DNA of 63,901 bases, filler included. It is 5 parts of 5 records of this genome, joined end to end, with 100 filler letters (N's around TTAATTAATTAA, not from the genome) between each part and the next. Parts side by side here need not be neighbours in the genome. Positions count along the whole stretch, not along the records: positions 13,924 to 27,027 come from SRR2962707_1102; positions 27,128 to 39,394 come from SRR2962707_1106; 3 more parts are not named here. The stretch is one strand, 5' to 3'. The position numbers and the translations under genes are program-made. The notes beneath the pieces were generated by a model that worked only from the letters and a program-made list of their open reading frames with translations, did no database searches and was not told the DNA's origin. Every line of letters starts with the position of its first letter. Within the stretch, counting starts at the first letter, position 1. Below, piece by piece: positions 19,156-29,985 of the stretch.

Positions 19156-19998
19156 ATGGAAACAGCACTCACCAACCGCCTCTCGACCCTTAGTCATCCG
19201 CAACGGATGGCGGTTTTTCGGTTGCTTATGCGGCGCTATCCCGACGCGCTGCCAGCAGGTGAAATCGCCCAAGCATTGACCCTTAAATCCAGCACGGCTT
19301 CCGTATATCTCGCCGCACTTACCCAAGCCGGCATGATCTCTCAGCGGCGCGACGGAACGCGGCTGCTGTATACCGTGAACCTTGATGCCACCCGAGATGT
19401 CGTCTCGGACCTGTTTCTTGATTGCTGCCGTGGTCGGGCCGATCTGTGCCCGCCCCAATTTTCTGACCTCCTCAGGAGCATCTCTCCCATGTCTGATCAA
19501 AAGTATAACGTCTTGTTCGTATGCACCGGCAACTCTGCCCGGTCGATCTTTGCCGAGACCATTCTGCGCGACTTGGCAGGTGATAAATTCACCGCTTTTT
19601 CCGCAGGCACGACACACCGGTCCGAGCTGAACCCCTTTGCGGTGGAAATGCTGGAATCCAAGGGGCACGATATTTCGCTTCTTAGGTCCAAGAACGTGAG
19701 CGAATTCCAAGGGGCGGATGTGCCGAAAATGGATTTCGTCTTTACCGTTTGTGACCGTGCGGCGAACGAGGAATGCCCAACATGGCCCGGCCAGCCCGTG
19801 TCAGGCCATTGGGGTTTGCCCGACCCGGTCAAGGCCCAAGGAACGGACGCTGAAAAGCGCCTAGCCTTTCAGCAGACATATGGCGCGCTGCACAACCGGA
19901 TCAGCGCGTTTACCTCGCTGTCGTTCGAAGCGTTGGACCGCGCGGCCTTGCAAAAACACGTCGACGCGATCGGCAAACACACATCCACACAGGAATAA
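19156..19998 (+). CDS. ArsR-family regulator fused to LMW-PTP-type arsenate reductase (ArsR-ArsC)
   Basis: N-terminal wHTH (LSHPQRMAVFRLL) with CCRGRADLC metalloid site; C-terminal VLFVCTGNSARS, VCDRAANEECP, HWGLPDP. Confidence 0.92.
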   Translation: METALTNRLSTLSHPQRMAVFRLLMRRYPDALPAGEIAQALTLKSSTASVYLAALTQAGMISQRRDGTRLLYTVNLDATRDVVSDLFLDCCRGRADLCPPQFSDLLRSISPMSDQKYNVLFVCTGNSARSIFAETILRDLAGDKFTAFSAGTTHRSELNPFAVEMLESKGHDISLLRSKNVSEFQGADVPKMDFVFTVCDRAANEECPTWPGQPVSGHWGLPDPVKAQGTDAEKRLAFQQTYGALHNRISAFTSLSFEALDRAALQKHVDAIGKHTSTQE

Positions 19999-20001
19999 AT
20001 C

Positions 20002-21000
20002 ATGACAACTTATGCACTTAACGGCCTAGGCCGGATGGGTAAACTTGCCCTGCGCCCCCTGCTGGAACGCGGTGCCAAGATCGCGTTTATCAATGATGCC
20101 GTGGGCGACCCGGCCATGCACGCCCATCTGCTGGAATTTGATTCCGTCCACGGGCGCTGGCCCGCCAAGTTCGAGGCCGATGACACTTCGATCAGCATCG
20201 ACGGCACGCGCATTCCCGTGACCAGCACTCGCAATCTGGACGACCTGCCATTGAACGGCGTTGATGTGGTGATCGACTGCACCGGCGCGTTCAAGACCGA
20301 GGCCAAGCTGGCCCCGTACTTTGCCGCTGGCGTTAAAAAGGTCATCGTATCGGCCCCGGTCAAAGACGGCCCCACCGCCAATATCGTTTTTGGCGTCAAT
20401 GACGATGTCTATGACGCAGACGCACATCACATCGTAACCGCAGCCAGCTGTACAACGAACTGTCTGGCCCCAGTGGTCAAGGTTCTGCTTGAAGGGATCG
20501 GCATCAAACACGGGTCGATCACGACCATCCATGATGTGACCAATACCCAGACAATCGTGGACCGCCCAGCCAAGGACATGCGCCGCGCGCGGTCGGCCTT
20601 GACCAACCTGATCCCCACGACGACCGGATCGGCGACAGCAATCACATTGATCTATCCTGAACTGACCGGAAAGCTGAACGGCCACGCTGTGCGCGTGCCG
20701 CTGCTAAACGCCTCCATCACTGATTGCGTATTCGAGATGGCCCGCGAAACCACCGTCGACGAAGTGAACGCCCTGTTCGAGGCCGCAGCCAGTGGCCCAC
20801 TAAAAGGCATCTTGGGCTATGAAACACGTCCGCTGGTGTCGTCGGATTACACCAACGATACCCGCAGCAGCATCATCGATGCGCCATCGACCATGGTGGT
20901 GAACGGCACGCAGGTGAAAATCTATGCGTGGTATGACAATGAATACGGCTATGCCTACCGGCTGGTCGATGTGGCCATGATGGTGGGTGACAAGCTGTGA
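20002..21000 (+). CDS. ArsJ-associated glyceraldehyde-3-phosphate dehydrogenase
   Basis: [44 protein letters not shown]; lies between arsRC and arsJ. Confidence 0.93.
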   Translation: MTTYALNGLGRMGKLALRPLLERGAKIAFINDAVGDPAMHAHLLEFDSVHGRWPAKFEADDTSISIDGTRIPVTSTRNLDDLPLNGVDVVIDCTGAFKTEAKLAPYFAAGVKKVIVSAPVKDGPTANIVFGVNDDVYDADAHHIVTAASCTTNCLAPVVKVLLEGIGIKHGSITTIHDVTNTQTIVDRPAKDMRRARSALTNLIPTTTGSATAITLIYPELTGKLNGHAVRVPLLNASITDCVFEMARETTVDEVNALFEAAASGPLKGILGYETRPLVSSDYTNDTRSSIIDAPSTMVVNGTQVKIYAWYDNEYGYAYRLVDVAMMVGDKL

Positions 21001-22262
21001 CACGTCCGGCGGGTTTTGCAGCCTATATGACGGTGACGGCGGCCTATTGGGCGTTCATGCTGACCGATGGTGCCTTGCGCATGCTGGTATTGCTGCATTT
21101 TCACACCCTTGGTTTTTCGCCCGTGCAACTGGCCTATCTGTTTGTTCTCTACGAGATCGCAGGCGTGGTGACCAACCTGTCGGCGGGGTGGATTGCCGCG
21201 CGGTTCGGGCTGACCTCGACGCTTTATGCGGGGCTTGCCTTGCAGGTCGTTGCATTGCTGGCACTGGCGCAGCTTGATCCTGCGTGGGGCATCACGGCCT
21301 CTGTGGTTTTTGTCATGCTGGTCCAAGGTGTGTCCGGCGTCGCCAAAGATCTGGCCAAGATGAGCTCGAAAAGTGCGGTAAAAATTCTGGCACCAACGGA
21401 TGGTGGCGGATTGTTTCGCTGGGTGGCATTGCTGACCGGATCAAAGAACGCCGTCAAAGGCTGCGGGTTCTTGCTGGGTGCAGCACTGCTGGCGGTCCTT
21501 GGGTTCGTGCCATCGGTGCTGACCATGGCCGCGATCCTGTTCATCATCCTGATCGGCGTGGTGATTGGCATGCCAACGGGCCTTCCGGTCGGGCGCAAAG
21601 ACGCAAAATTCTCCGAGGTTTTCTCAAAGAACCGCAACATCAACTGGCTAAGTGCCGCACGCCTGTTTCTGTTCGGCGCACGCGATGTGTGGTTTGTGGT
21701 CGGCATCCCGATCTATTTCTACGCAGTGTTGTCTGACGGATCAGAGGCCGGAAACCGCGCCGCGTTCTTTATGATCGGATCGTTCATGGCGGTTTGGACC
21801 ATCCTGTACGGCGTCGTGCAGGGCTGGGCCCCACGCATCCTGCGCGCCGCATCCCGCAACGATGCCGAAATTTTGGCGCAGGCCAGAATATGGGTGGCTG
21901 TTTTGATGATCGTCCCGGCCTTGCTCGCCACTGCGGTCTGGCTCGCACCTGCGCCGTCCACCCCGCTGACGGTGACGATCATCTTGGGGCTTTTGGTCTT
22001 TGGCGGGATATTCGCGGTAAATTCGGCGCTACATTCCTTTTTGATCCTCAGCTTTACGGATGCAAAACGGGTGACGATGGATGTCGGGTTTTACTATATG
22101 TCCAACGCGGCAGGCCGGTTGGTTGGCACCCTGCTGTCGGGGTTCACCTATCAGATAGGCGGGCTGCCCCTGTGCCTTGGCACGGCTGCCGGCATGATCT
22201 TTTTTAGCTGGCTCGCCACATCGCAGCTTAGCAACAAGACCGCGACAGCGGTTCATTCATAA
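20997..22262 (+). CDS. arsJ: organoarsenical (1-arseno-3-phosphoglycerate) efflux MFS permease
   Basis: [81 protein letters not shown] overlap with gapdh. Confidence 0.93.
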   Translation: MTRPAGFAAYMTVTAAYWAFMLTDGALRMLVLLHFHTLGFSPVQLAYLFVLYEIAGVVTNLSAGWIAARFGLTSTLYAGLALQVVALLALAQLDPAWGITASVVFVMLVQGVSGVAKDLAKMSSKSAVKILAPTDGGGLFRWVALLTGSKNAVKGCGFLLGAALLAVLGFVPSVLTMAAILFIILIGVVIGMPTGLPVGRKDAKFSEVFSKNRNINWLSAARLFLFGARDVWFVVGIPIYFYAVLSDGSEAGNRAAFFMIGSFMAVWTILYGVVQGWAPRILRAASRNDAEILAQARIWVAVLMIVPALLATAVWLAPAPSTPLTVTIILGLLVFGGIFAVNSALHSFLILSFTDAKRVTMDVGFYYMSNAAGRLVGTLLSGFTYQIGGLPLCLGTAAGMIFFSWLATSQLSNKTATAVHS

Positions 22263-22276
22263 CCCCGATACAAAAG

Positions 22277-22306
22277 AAAAAGCGAAGCCCACCGGCTCCG
22301 CTTTTT
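22277..22306. terminator. bidirectional intrinsic terminator between arsJ and catalase
   Basis: AAAAAGCGAAGCC-CACC-GGCTCCGCTTTTT, with A/T tracts on both sides. Confidence 0.7.
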
Positions 22307-22328
22307 CCGATTTCAGTTTCCGGCAGAC

Positions 22329-23846
22329 CTAGCCGCTGATGCTCTTGGCCGAGGCCATACCGGGTGCCTTGGACACGCCGCCGATCTTTTCACGAACAGC
22401 TAATTCGATGCGGTCCCCGATCTCTTGATCCACATTGCGCCAGTATTCAAACGCGCGCAGCAGAACCTTTTCGCTGACCCCGTCGGCCAGATGGCCAGCG
22501 ACGTTTCCGACAAAACGCGTCCGCGCGTCATCGTCCATCACCTCGCGCACCAGAATACCGGCTTGGGTCCAGTCGTCGTCCTTGGGGCGCAAAGTATAGG
22601 CTTGGCGCACCATGTCCCCGTCTGCATGCCACAGGCCAGCCTCGCCGCCCGGCTCGGGTTGTGCAGCAGGGCCGCCATAGGAATTCGGCGCATAGACCGG
22701 ATCGCTCACGGGGACAGTCCGCCCTGCCCCGTCTTTGGAATAGCTGTGAACCGGCGATTTCGGCGTGTTCACCGGGATCTGCTTATAGTTCACACCCAAA
22801 CGGGCACGGTGGGCATCCGCATAGGAAAAGCCGCGCGCCAGCAGCATTTTGTCAGGCGATAGACCAACCCCCGGCACCATATTATTCGGCTCGAACGCCA
22901 GCTGTTCGATCTGCGTGTGAAAATCGGTCGGGTTTTGGTTCAACGTCAGTTTACCAACCTCGATCAGCGGATAATCATCATGCGGCCAAACCTTGGTCAG
23001 ATCAAACGGGTTGATGTCATAGGTCTTGGCGTCTTCATACGGCATGATCTGCCATTTGAGCGTCCAGCTGGGGTTGTTCCCGTCGCTGATAGCATCGAAA
23101 AGATCGCGGCGGTGGAAATCGCCATCGGTGCCGGCCAGTTTGTCGGCCTCATCCTGGCTTAGATAGGCATTGCCGTCGCCTTGGTCTGTGTGAAAATGGA
23201 ACTTCACCCAAAACTTTTCACCCTCGGCGTTGATCAGCGAATAGGTGTGGCTGGAATAGCCGTTCATCTCGCGCCATGTTTTGGGAATACCACGATCCCC
23301 CATCAAATAGGTCACCTGATGGGCGCTTTCCGGGGACAAGGTCCAGAAATCCCACTGCATGTCATGGTCGCGCATGTTGTTATCCGCACGGCGCTTTTGA
23401 CTGCGGATAAAATGCTGGAACTTCATCGGATCGCGAATAAAGAAGATCGGCGTGTTGTTCCCGACCATGTCGAAATTTCCGTCTTCGGTATACATTTTTA
23501 CGGAAAAACCACGGGGGTCACGCCATGTGTCGGGACTGCCGCGTTCACCCGCAACTGTAGAAAAGCGCATTGCCACGTCACATTTTGCGCCGGGCTGGAA
23601 AATCTTGGCTTTGGTATATTGCGACACATCCTGTGTCGTCTCGAAAGTGCCGAACGCGCCGGAGCCTTTGGCATGGGGCTGGCGTTCGGGAATACGTTCG
23701 CGGTTGAAATTCGCCATCTGTTCAAGAAGATAGTGATCGTTCAGCACGATCGGGCCATCGGGACCAACGGTCAGCGAATGCTCATCACTTTGCACTCTGA
23801 TACCGGCGTCGGTTGTTGTGGGGGGAACATCTTTTTTCTGTGTCAT
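22329..23846 (-). CDS. monofunctional small-subunit heme catalase
   Basis: [15 protein letters not shown] (distal His), [43 protein letters not shown] (proximal Tyr); ATG at 23846 with SD GGAG (alternative GTG at 23852). Confidence 0.95.
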   Translation of the reverse strand: MTQKKDVPPTTTDAGIRVQSDEHSLTVGPDGPIVLNDHYLLEQMANFNRERIPERQPHAKGSGAFGTFETTQDVSQYTKAKIFQPGAKCDVAMRFSTVAGERGSPDTWRDPRGFSVKMYTEDGNFDMVGNNTPIFFIRDPMKFQHFIRSQKRRADNNMRDHDMQWDFWTLSPESAHQVTYLMGDRGIPKTWREMNGYSSHTYSLINAEGEKFWVKFHFHTDQGDGNAYLSQDEADKLAGTDGDFHRRDLFDAISDGNNPSWTLKWQIMPYEDAKTYDINPFDLTKVWPHDDYPLIEVGKLTLNQNPTDFHTQIEQLAFEPNNMVPGVGLSPDKMLLARGFSYADAHRARLGVNYKQIPVNTPKSPVHSYSKDGAGRTVPVSDPVYAPNSYGGPAAQPEPGGEAGLWHADGDMVRQAYTLRPKDDDWTQAGILVREVMDDDARTRFVGNVAGHLADGVSEKVLLRAFEYWRNVDQEIGDRIELAVREKIGGVSKAPGMASAKSISG

Positions 23847-23954
23847 CGTCACTCTCCAAAGCTTGCCTATTTGGAAAACCCGTTAGAGTGCGAAAAGTTC
23901 CTTAGCAGTATCCCGGCAAGGGTCCGACATAGGTTGATCAGATCAGATAAATGC

Positions 23955-23987
23955 AAAAGCCAGAGGCAAACATGCCTCTGGCCTTTT
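23955..23987 (-). terminator. intrinsic terminator downstream of tauC
   Basis: AAAAGCCAGAGGCA-AACA-TGCCTCTGGCCTTTT. Confidence 0.75.
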
Positions 23988-24067
23988 CGCGCCGTTTTGA
24001 TCGCTGGCGTTCATCGGTGCAGCAATCGCAACGGCTCGGCTTTTTCAGTCCGCAGGAAGAATACTAC

Positions 24068-25333
24068 TTACGTGCGGCCCTTCCATGGCACCAGCCAATC
24101 CTCTGCTTTGCGCATCAGGATGTCGATGCTAAAGCCGATTACGCCGATCAGGATAATCCCCATGAGAACCACATCGGTCAGCTGGAAACGGCTGGCGACC
24201 ATGATCATCATGCCTGCCCCCTTTTCGGCGGCAACCAGTTCGGCCGCGACCACAGTTCCCCAACAGACACCCATAGCAACCCGCGCGCCGGTGAAAATTT
24301 CAGGCAGCGAATTCGGCACGATGACGTATCGCAGAACCTGCCAGCGGCTCGCGCCCAGTGAATAGGCCGCATGCACCTTGGAGATCGCCACCCCCGACAC
24401 GCCTGCACGCGCCGAGATTGCCATGATCCACAGTGCCGCCAGAAACAGCAGGATAATCTTGCCGCTTTCCCCGATTCCGGCCCAGATGATGACCAGCGGG
24501 ATCAGCGCAAGCGGAGGCACCGGACGCATGAATTCCACGATCGGGTCGAACCAGCCGCGGAACCAACCGCTAAGGCCCATGGCATAGCCAAGTGGAATGC
24601 CGATGATAGCGCCACAAAGAAAGCCCACGATGACACGGAACAGCGACCAATATAGATGCTCCCAAAGGGTAAAGTTCTGATATCCCCGCACCGAGATTTC
24701 CTTGACGCGGGCCACCACGGCTTCGGGCGACGGAAGCCAGATCGGTTCCATCTGCATACCCGGATCGGGCACAAAATTCAGCGAGCCTTTTGACGTGACC
24801 GCCACGGTACCGTTGGCAACCTCGATACGGCTGCCCGGCGATACGGGCTGGCCGTCGATCGCGACAACCTTGGCACCGTCTTTGCGGGTAAATTCGTCGT
24901 TCTTGTCCATCAACAACAGATCAGAACGCCACGCTGCAAGGGCGATGGAATCGTCTTTGGCGAAACCGTCTCCGGGTGCCACGTCCTGCGGGTCGCCCTT
25001 CTCTCCGGCGGGAAAGACGCGGGCATGGACTGTGGCATCATCGCGCGCGCCGTCAGGTGCTTCCATTGTATAGGTAAACTGCGTGTCCCCGACAAACGGA
25101 CCCGGCGCATGAAACGGCACCCAATCCGATCCGGTAAATGCGCCCCAAAGGCAGAACAGCGTGAGTACCGACAAGAAACTGGCCCATCTGTCGGGGCGCA
25201 CGGCGCTCTCGTCTCCGAAGGTCACAGTCTTGAGCGAGGTGAAATCGCGGCGAACCCTGATCTTGCTTATTACGAAACGCACGACAATGAATGCCGCGCA
25301 GAAGATGGCGATATAGATGGCGAGAACAATCAT
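24068..25333 (-). CDS. tauC: taurine-type ABC transporter permease
   Basis: WLPSPEAV, HLYWSLFRV, FMRPVPPLALIPL, AAYSLGAS, VAAELVAA; long N-terminal/periplasmic extension. Confidence 0.82.
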   Translation of the reverse strand: MIVLAIYIAIFCAAFIVVRFVISKIRVRRDFTSLKTVTFGDESAVRPDRWASFLSVLTLFCLWGAFTGSDWVPFHAPGPFVGDTQFTYTMEAPDGARDDATVHARVFPAGEKGDPQDVAPGDGFAKDDSIALAAWRSDLLLMDKNDEFTRKDGAKVVAIDGQPVSPGSRIEVANGTVAVTSKGSLNFVPDPGMQMEPIWLPSPEAVVARVKEISVRGYQNFTLWEHLYWSLFRVIVGFLCGAIIGIPLGYAMGLSGWFRGWFDPIVEFMRPVPPLALIPLVIIWAGIGESGKIILLFLAALWIMAISARAGVSGVAISKVHAAYSLGASRWQVLRYVIVPNSLPEIFTGARVAMGVCWGTVVAAELVAAEKGAGMMIMVASRFQLTDVVLMGIILIGVIGFSIDILMRKAEDWLVPWKGRT

Positions 25334-26139
25334 GCTTTTGCCTCCTCGGTGCGGCCCATAATCTCTTCTTCCATGTCCCAGATCATAGACAGGATTTCTT
25401 CGCGTTTTTCACCAAATTCCGGGTCGCGCTTTACGACGCGCAGGTCCTTGCCCACGCCTGCCGCTGCAAAAGGAAGACGGTATTCTTTGTGGATGCGCCC
25501 CGGTCGCGGTGCCATCACCAAAAGCCGCTGCCCCAAGAGCAAGGCTTCCTCGACCGAGTGGGTAATCAAAATGATCGTCTTGCCGGTCTCTTTCCACAAC
25601 TTCAGGACCAGCCCCTGCATTTTTTCGCGGGTCAGCGCATCAAGCGCGCCCAGCGGTTCATCCATGAGGATCACGTCCGGATCGTTCGCAAGGCAGCGGG
25701 CCAAGGCCACACGCTGCTGCATACCGCCCGAAAGCTCGTACACCGACTTGTCCTTGAAATCCTGAAGGCCCACGACATCAAGCAGGTGATTTACATTGTC
25801 CATGTAGTCTTTTTTCTTGCGGCCTGCCATGCGGGGGCCAAAACTGACGTTGTCCCGCACGCTCATCCACTCAAAAAGAGCACCTTGTTGAAAGACCATC
25901 CCACGCTCGGCGCTCGGGCCGGTCACCGCATGACCATTAAGCGTCACGCTCCCCTCGGTCGGGGAAAGAAAACCGGCAAGGATATTAAGAAACGTGGTCT
26001 TGCCACAGCCCGAAGGCCCCAAGACGCTCATCAACTCACCGCTTTCTATCTCCAACGAGACGTCTTTGAGCGCCTGCACAAAGCTCCCGTTCGGAAGATC
26101 GAACCGCATGGAAAGATTATTGATCGAAAGTTTCGACAT
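25330..26139 (-). CDS. tauB: taurine-type ABC transporter ATP-binding protein
   Basis: GPSGCGKTT, GPSAERGMVFQ, LSGGMQQR, LMDEPLGALDALTRE, ITHSVEEA. Confidence 0.85.
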   Translation of the reverse strand: MSKLSINNLSMRFDLPNGSFVQALKDVSLEIESGELMSVLGPSGCGKTTFLNILAGFLSPTEGSVTLNGHAVTGPSAERGMVFQQGALFEWMSVRDNVSFGPRMAGRKKKDYMDNVNHLLDVVGLQDFKDKSVYELSGGMQQRVALARCLANDPDVILMDEPLGALDALTREKMQGLVLKLWKETGKTIILITHSVEEALLLGQRLLVMAPRPGRIHKEYRLPFAAAGVGKDLRVVKRDPEFGEKREEILSMIWDMEEEIMGRTEEAKA

Positions 26140-26219
26140 ACGGCACCACGCACCCTTTAATGTATCAGTGTTTGGAAAACGCGGGCCCGCATCCGTGCGC
26201 GCCCGCGTGGTACTTGTCT

Positions 26220-27027
26220 TTACATTGCGCCGGCTTGTGCCAGCGGGCCTGCGTTGACGTTTTCGGAATAGTCATCCTTGGCTTCGTCAAAGCTGCCCGC
26301 AGCGACGAACACATCCGCGACACCCTTCATGAAGGCCTGCGCACCACCGCCAAGCCATTTCTGGCTAAGCTGATCGTCGACGCTGGGGAATTCAAAGGTC
26401 GCCATTGTGGCAGCTGCGGCCTCTTCGTCCATACCCGCATCTTTGGCGATGACGGGCAGCATCTTGTCGGTGTTCTCACCGCTGTTCCACATCTTGTTCG
26501 CCTCAGCCGTCACGGCAAGAAATCCAGCCACGACATCAGGGTTTTCAGCGATATAATCGCTAGGCCCCGAGGTCACATCGAAAACGAGGATGCCCAGATC
26601 TTCCTTTTCCGCGCCGGTCAACAAGATGTTGCCATGCTCCATCATACGCCGCAAGCTTCCGCCCCAGCCGCAAGCCATGTCAATGGAACCCTGCGCGATC
26701 GCCGCGGCACTTTCAGGTGGGGCCATGTTGACGACCTGCATCGACCCGATGTCCACGCCGAAGTGGTTCATCTGCACGATAAAGTTGTAATGCGCGGCGG
26801 TACCCAGAGGCACGGCAACCTTTTTACCGGCCAGCTCGCTTGCGTTGTTTTTGTCGATCTCAAGCTCTTCGCGCACAACGCAGTTGTCGTTTTCCGAATA
26901 GCTGACCGCCACGTCGAGAATTTGCAAATCCTGGCCCGCGCTCGTTGCAACCACGAAAGGCGGCACGCCCTGGCTGACCGACAGTTGCACGTCGCCCGAC
27001 GCCATTGCCGCGCTCATTGCGGTGCCG
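26220..27027 (-). CDS. tauA: taurine-type ABC transporter substrate-binding protein (5' truncated)
   Basis: GTAMSAAMASGDV, LAGKKVAVPLGTAAHY; SsuA/TauA-like; first gene of the tauABC run. Confidence 0.8.
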
Positions 27028-27127
27028 NNNNNNNNNNNNNNNNNNNNNNNNNNNNNNNNNNNNNNNNNNNNTTAATTAATTAANNNNNNNNNNNNNNNNN
27101 NNNNNNNNNNNNNNNNNNNNNNNNNNN
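27028..27127. other. artificial contig spacer
   Basis: 44 N + TTAATTAATTAA + 44 N. Confidence 0.99.
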
Positions 27128-27128
27128 C

Positions 27129-28385
27129 GTCATTCGCGGCTGCGTGCCGAAAAAGCTGTTCGTCTATGCGAGCCACTTCTCGGATGATTTCGAAGACGCC
27201 GCCGGCTTCGGCTGGACGGTAGGCGAGGCGAAGTTCGACTGGAAAACGCTCATCGCCAACAAGGACAAGGAAATCGACCGCCTGAACGGCATCTACATCC
27301 GCAATCTGAAAAACGCCGGCGTCGAGATCATCCAGAGCCGCGCCATCCTCAAGGACGCGCATACTGTCCACCTTGTGGCGGAAGACCGCGACGTGACGGC
27401 CGACAAAATCCTGATCGCCGTCGGCGCCAAGGCAAATGTCGACGAGAAGCTCGAAGGCGTGGAACACACCATCACCTCCAACGAGGCCTTCCATCTGGAG
27501 GAACTGCCGCGCAGCATCGTCATCGCGGGCGGCGGCTATATCGCGGTGGAGTTCGCGGGCATCTTCAACGGCCTCGGCGTCGAAACGACGCTGCTGTATC
27601 GCGGCGAGCAGATCCTGCGCGGCTTCGATGAGGATTTGCGCACGCTTCTCCATGAGGAAATGGACAAGAAGGGCGTGCGGATCATCACCGGCCAGGTCTT
27701 CACCAAAGTCGAGAAAACGTCCTCCGGCCTGAGAGCGACGCTGACCTCTGGCGACACGCTCGAAGCCGACGCCCTCATGTTCGCCATCGGCCGCGACCCG
27801 AATACGGAGGGGCTCGGCCTCGATGCGGCAGGCGTAAAGCTCGGCAAGAAGGGCGAAATCATCGTGGATGAATATTCGCGCACCAATGTCGAGAACATCT
27901 ACGCCGTCGGCGACGTCACCGACCGCGCGAACCTCACCCCCATCGCGATCCGCGAGGGCCATGCCTTCGCCGATACCGTCTTCGGGGACAAGCCCACCAA
28001 GGTCGATCACTCGATCATCCCGACCGCGATCTTCTCCCAGCCCGAAATGGGCACTGTCGGCCTCACCGAGGCCGAGGCCCGCGAGCGCTACGACGAGATC
28101 GACGTCTACAAGACCGCCTTCCGCGCGCTTAAAAACACGCTCTCGGGCTCGCAGGAACGCACATTCATGAAGCTCATCGTGGATGCGAAGACCGACAAGA
28201 TGCTCGGCGTCCACATCATGGGCACGGCCTCCGGCGAGCTGATCCAGGCCGTCGGCATTGCCGTCACCATGGGCGCCACCAAGGCCCAGTTCGACATGAC
28301 CATCGCCGTCCACCCCACGGCGGCGGAGGAACTGGTGACGCTGAAGGAGAAGTGGCAGGCCCCGGTCATCAAGGCAGCCGATTAA
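27129..28385 (+). CDS. gor: glutathione-disulfide reductase (5' truncated)
   Basis: VIRGCVPKK (second redox Cys), [43 protein letters not shown]. Confidence 0.95.
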   Translation, partial: VIRGCVPKKLFVYASHFSDDFEDAAGFGWTVGEAKFDWKTLIANKDKEIDRLNGIYIRNLKNAGVEIIQSRAILKDAHTVHLVAEDRDVTADKILIAVGAKANVDEKLEGVEHTITSNEAFHLEELPRSIVIAGGGYIAVEFAGIFNGLGVETTLLYRGEQILRGFDEDLRTLLHEEMDKKGVRIITGQVFTKVEKTSSGLRATLTSGDTLEADALMFAIGRDPNTEGLGLDAAGVKLGKKGEIIVDEYSRTNVENIYAVGDVTDRANLTPIAIREGHAFADTVFGDKPTKVDHSIIPTAIFSQPEMGTVGLTEAEARERYDEIDVYKTAFRALKNTLSGSQERTFMKLIVDAKTDKMLGVHIMGTASGELIQAVGIAVTMGATKAQFDMTIAVHPTAAEELVTLKEKWQAPVIKAAD

Positions 28386-28536
28386 CCGCTTTTCCCGGTC
28401 CCTCAGCGCGATCAAGGGCTTAGACTTCCCTTTAGAGGGCTTGTGGACTATAACTCCGGCCTCCAAATTAGGAGTATGCGGCAAGCCGGGCAGGAGGCCC
28501 GGGAAGCGGTGCCGCATGTATTTCGGAGAGAAGACG

Positions 28537-29931
28537 ATGGCGGAAAACTGGAAACCGGAGAGCTGGCGCGCCAAGCCCGCGAAGCATCTCCCGGCCTACC
28601 CGGATGACGCAGCGCTCGCCGCCGTGGAAGAGCGCTTGCGCTCCTATCCGCCGCTCGTGTTTGCAGGTGAGGCCCGCAAGCTGAAGGCGGATCTCGCCGA
28701 AGTCTGCGAGGGCCGTGCTTTCCTGCTGCAGGGCGGCGATTGCGCCGAGAGCTTCGCTGAATTTTCCGCCGACAATATCCGCGACACCTTCCGCGTGCTG
28801 CTGCAGATGGCGGTCGTGCTGACCTTCGCCGCCGCCTCGCCGGTCGTGAAGGTAGGCCGCATCGCGGGTCAGTTCGCCAAGCCGCGCTCCTCGCCCATCG
28901 AGACCATCGGCGACGTTACGCTGCCGTCTTACCTCGGCGACAACATCAACGGCATCGACTTCGACGAGAAGTCGCGCGTGCCCGACCCTGAACGTCTGCT
29001 GCGCGCCTATTCGCAGTCGGCCTCGACGCTGAACCTCATCCGCGCTTTCGCGAATGGCGGCTATGCCGATCTCGATTTCGTGCACCGCTGGAACCTCGGC
29101 TTCGTCTCCGACAGTTCCGAAGGCGCGCGTTATGAAGAACTCGCGAACCGCATCACGGAAGCGCTCGACTTCATGCGCGCCTGCGGCATCGACAGCGAAA
29201 CGCAGCCCAAGCTTCATACGACGGATTTCTACACGAGCCACGAGGCTCTGCTGCTCGGCTACGAGCAGGCGATGACGCGCATCGATAGCACCACGGGCGA
29301 TTGGTACGACACCTCCGCCCACATGCTCTGGATCGGCGACCGCACGCGCCAGCCCGATCACGGCCATGTCGAATACATGCGCGGCATCAAGAACCCGATC
29401 GGCATGAAGTGCGGCCCCTCGCTCGACCCGGAAGAACTTGTCCGCCTCACCGATCAGCTCAATCCGAAAAACGAGCCGGGCCGCCTCACGCTTATCTGCC
29501 GCTTCGGCGCCGAGAATGTCGAAAAGCACCTGCCGCAGTTGATCCGCGCCGTCGAGCGTGAGGGCAAGAAGGTCGTCTGGTCCTGCGATCCGATGCACGG
29601 CAACACCATCAAGGCGTCGTCGGGCTACAAGACGCGCCCCGTCGACCGCATCCTCGCCGAAGTGCAGGCCTTCATGGCCGTTCATCGCGCCGAGGGCACG
29701 CATGCCGGCGGCGTCCATTTCGAGATGACTGGCCAGAACGTCACCGAATGCATCGGCGGCGCGCAGGCGATCACCGAAACGGAACTCGGCGACCGCTACC
29801 ACACCCATTGCGACCCGCGCCTCAACGCCAGCCAGTCGCTCGAACTCGCCTTCCTCATCGCCGAAGGGCTGAAGAAGGAGCGGGCAGAGGCCCGCCGCGC
29901 GGAACCCGTTGCGGCGCTCGGTGCCTGGTAA
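28537..29931 (+). CDS. class II 3-deoxy-7-phosphoheptulonate (DAHP) synthase
   Basis: Start trimmed to [11 protein letters not shown] (SD GGAG); [52 protein letters not shown]. Confidence 0.95.
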   Translation: MAENWKPESWRAKPAKHLPAYPDDAALAAVEERLRSYPPLVFAGEARKLKADLAEVCEGRAFLLQGGDCAESFAEFSADNIRDTFRVLLQMAVVLTFAAASPVVKVGRIAGQFAKPRSSPIETIGDVTLPSYLGDNINGIDFDEKSRVPDPERLLRAYSQSASTLNLIRAFANGGYADLDFVHRWNLGFVSDSSEGARYEELANRITEALDFMRACGIDSETQPKLHTTDFYTSHEALLLGYEQAMTRIDSTTGDWYDTSAHMLWIGDRTRQPDHGHVEYMRGIKNPIGMKCGPSLDPEELVRLTDQLNPKNEPGRLTLICRFGAENVEKHLPQLIRAVEREGKKVVWSCDPMHGNTIKASSGYKTRPVDRILAEVQAFMAVHRAEGTHAGGVHFEMTGQNVTECIGGAQAITETELGDRYHTHCDPRLNASQSLELAFLIAEGLKKERAEARRAEPVAALGAW

Positions 29932-29954
29932 GCAACAGTCACGGATGAAAATGA

Positions 29955-29982
29955 AAAGGCCCGGTGGAAACACCGGGCCTTT
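29955..29982. terminator. bidirectional intrinsic terminator
   Basis: AAAGGCCCGGTG-GAAA-CACCGGGCCTTT, perfect 12-bp stem between convergent genes. Confidence 0.85.
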
Positions 29983-29985
29983 CTT

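Noticed and set aside
27072-29973. Long antisense ORFs (27072-28574, 28468-29973; similarly 6610-8055, 31302-32264, 38057-39229)
   Set aside because: Shadow frames of GC-rich genes with clear family motifs on the opposite strand; they have no motifs of their own and one runs into a spacer.
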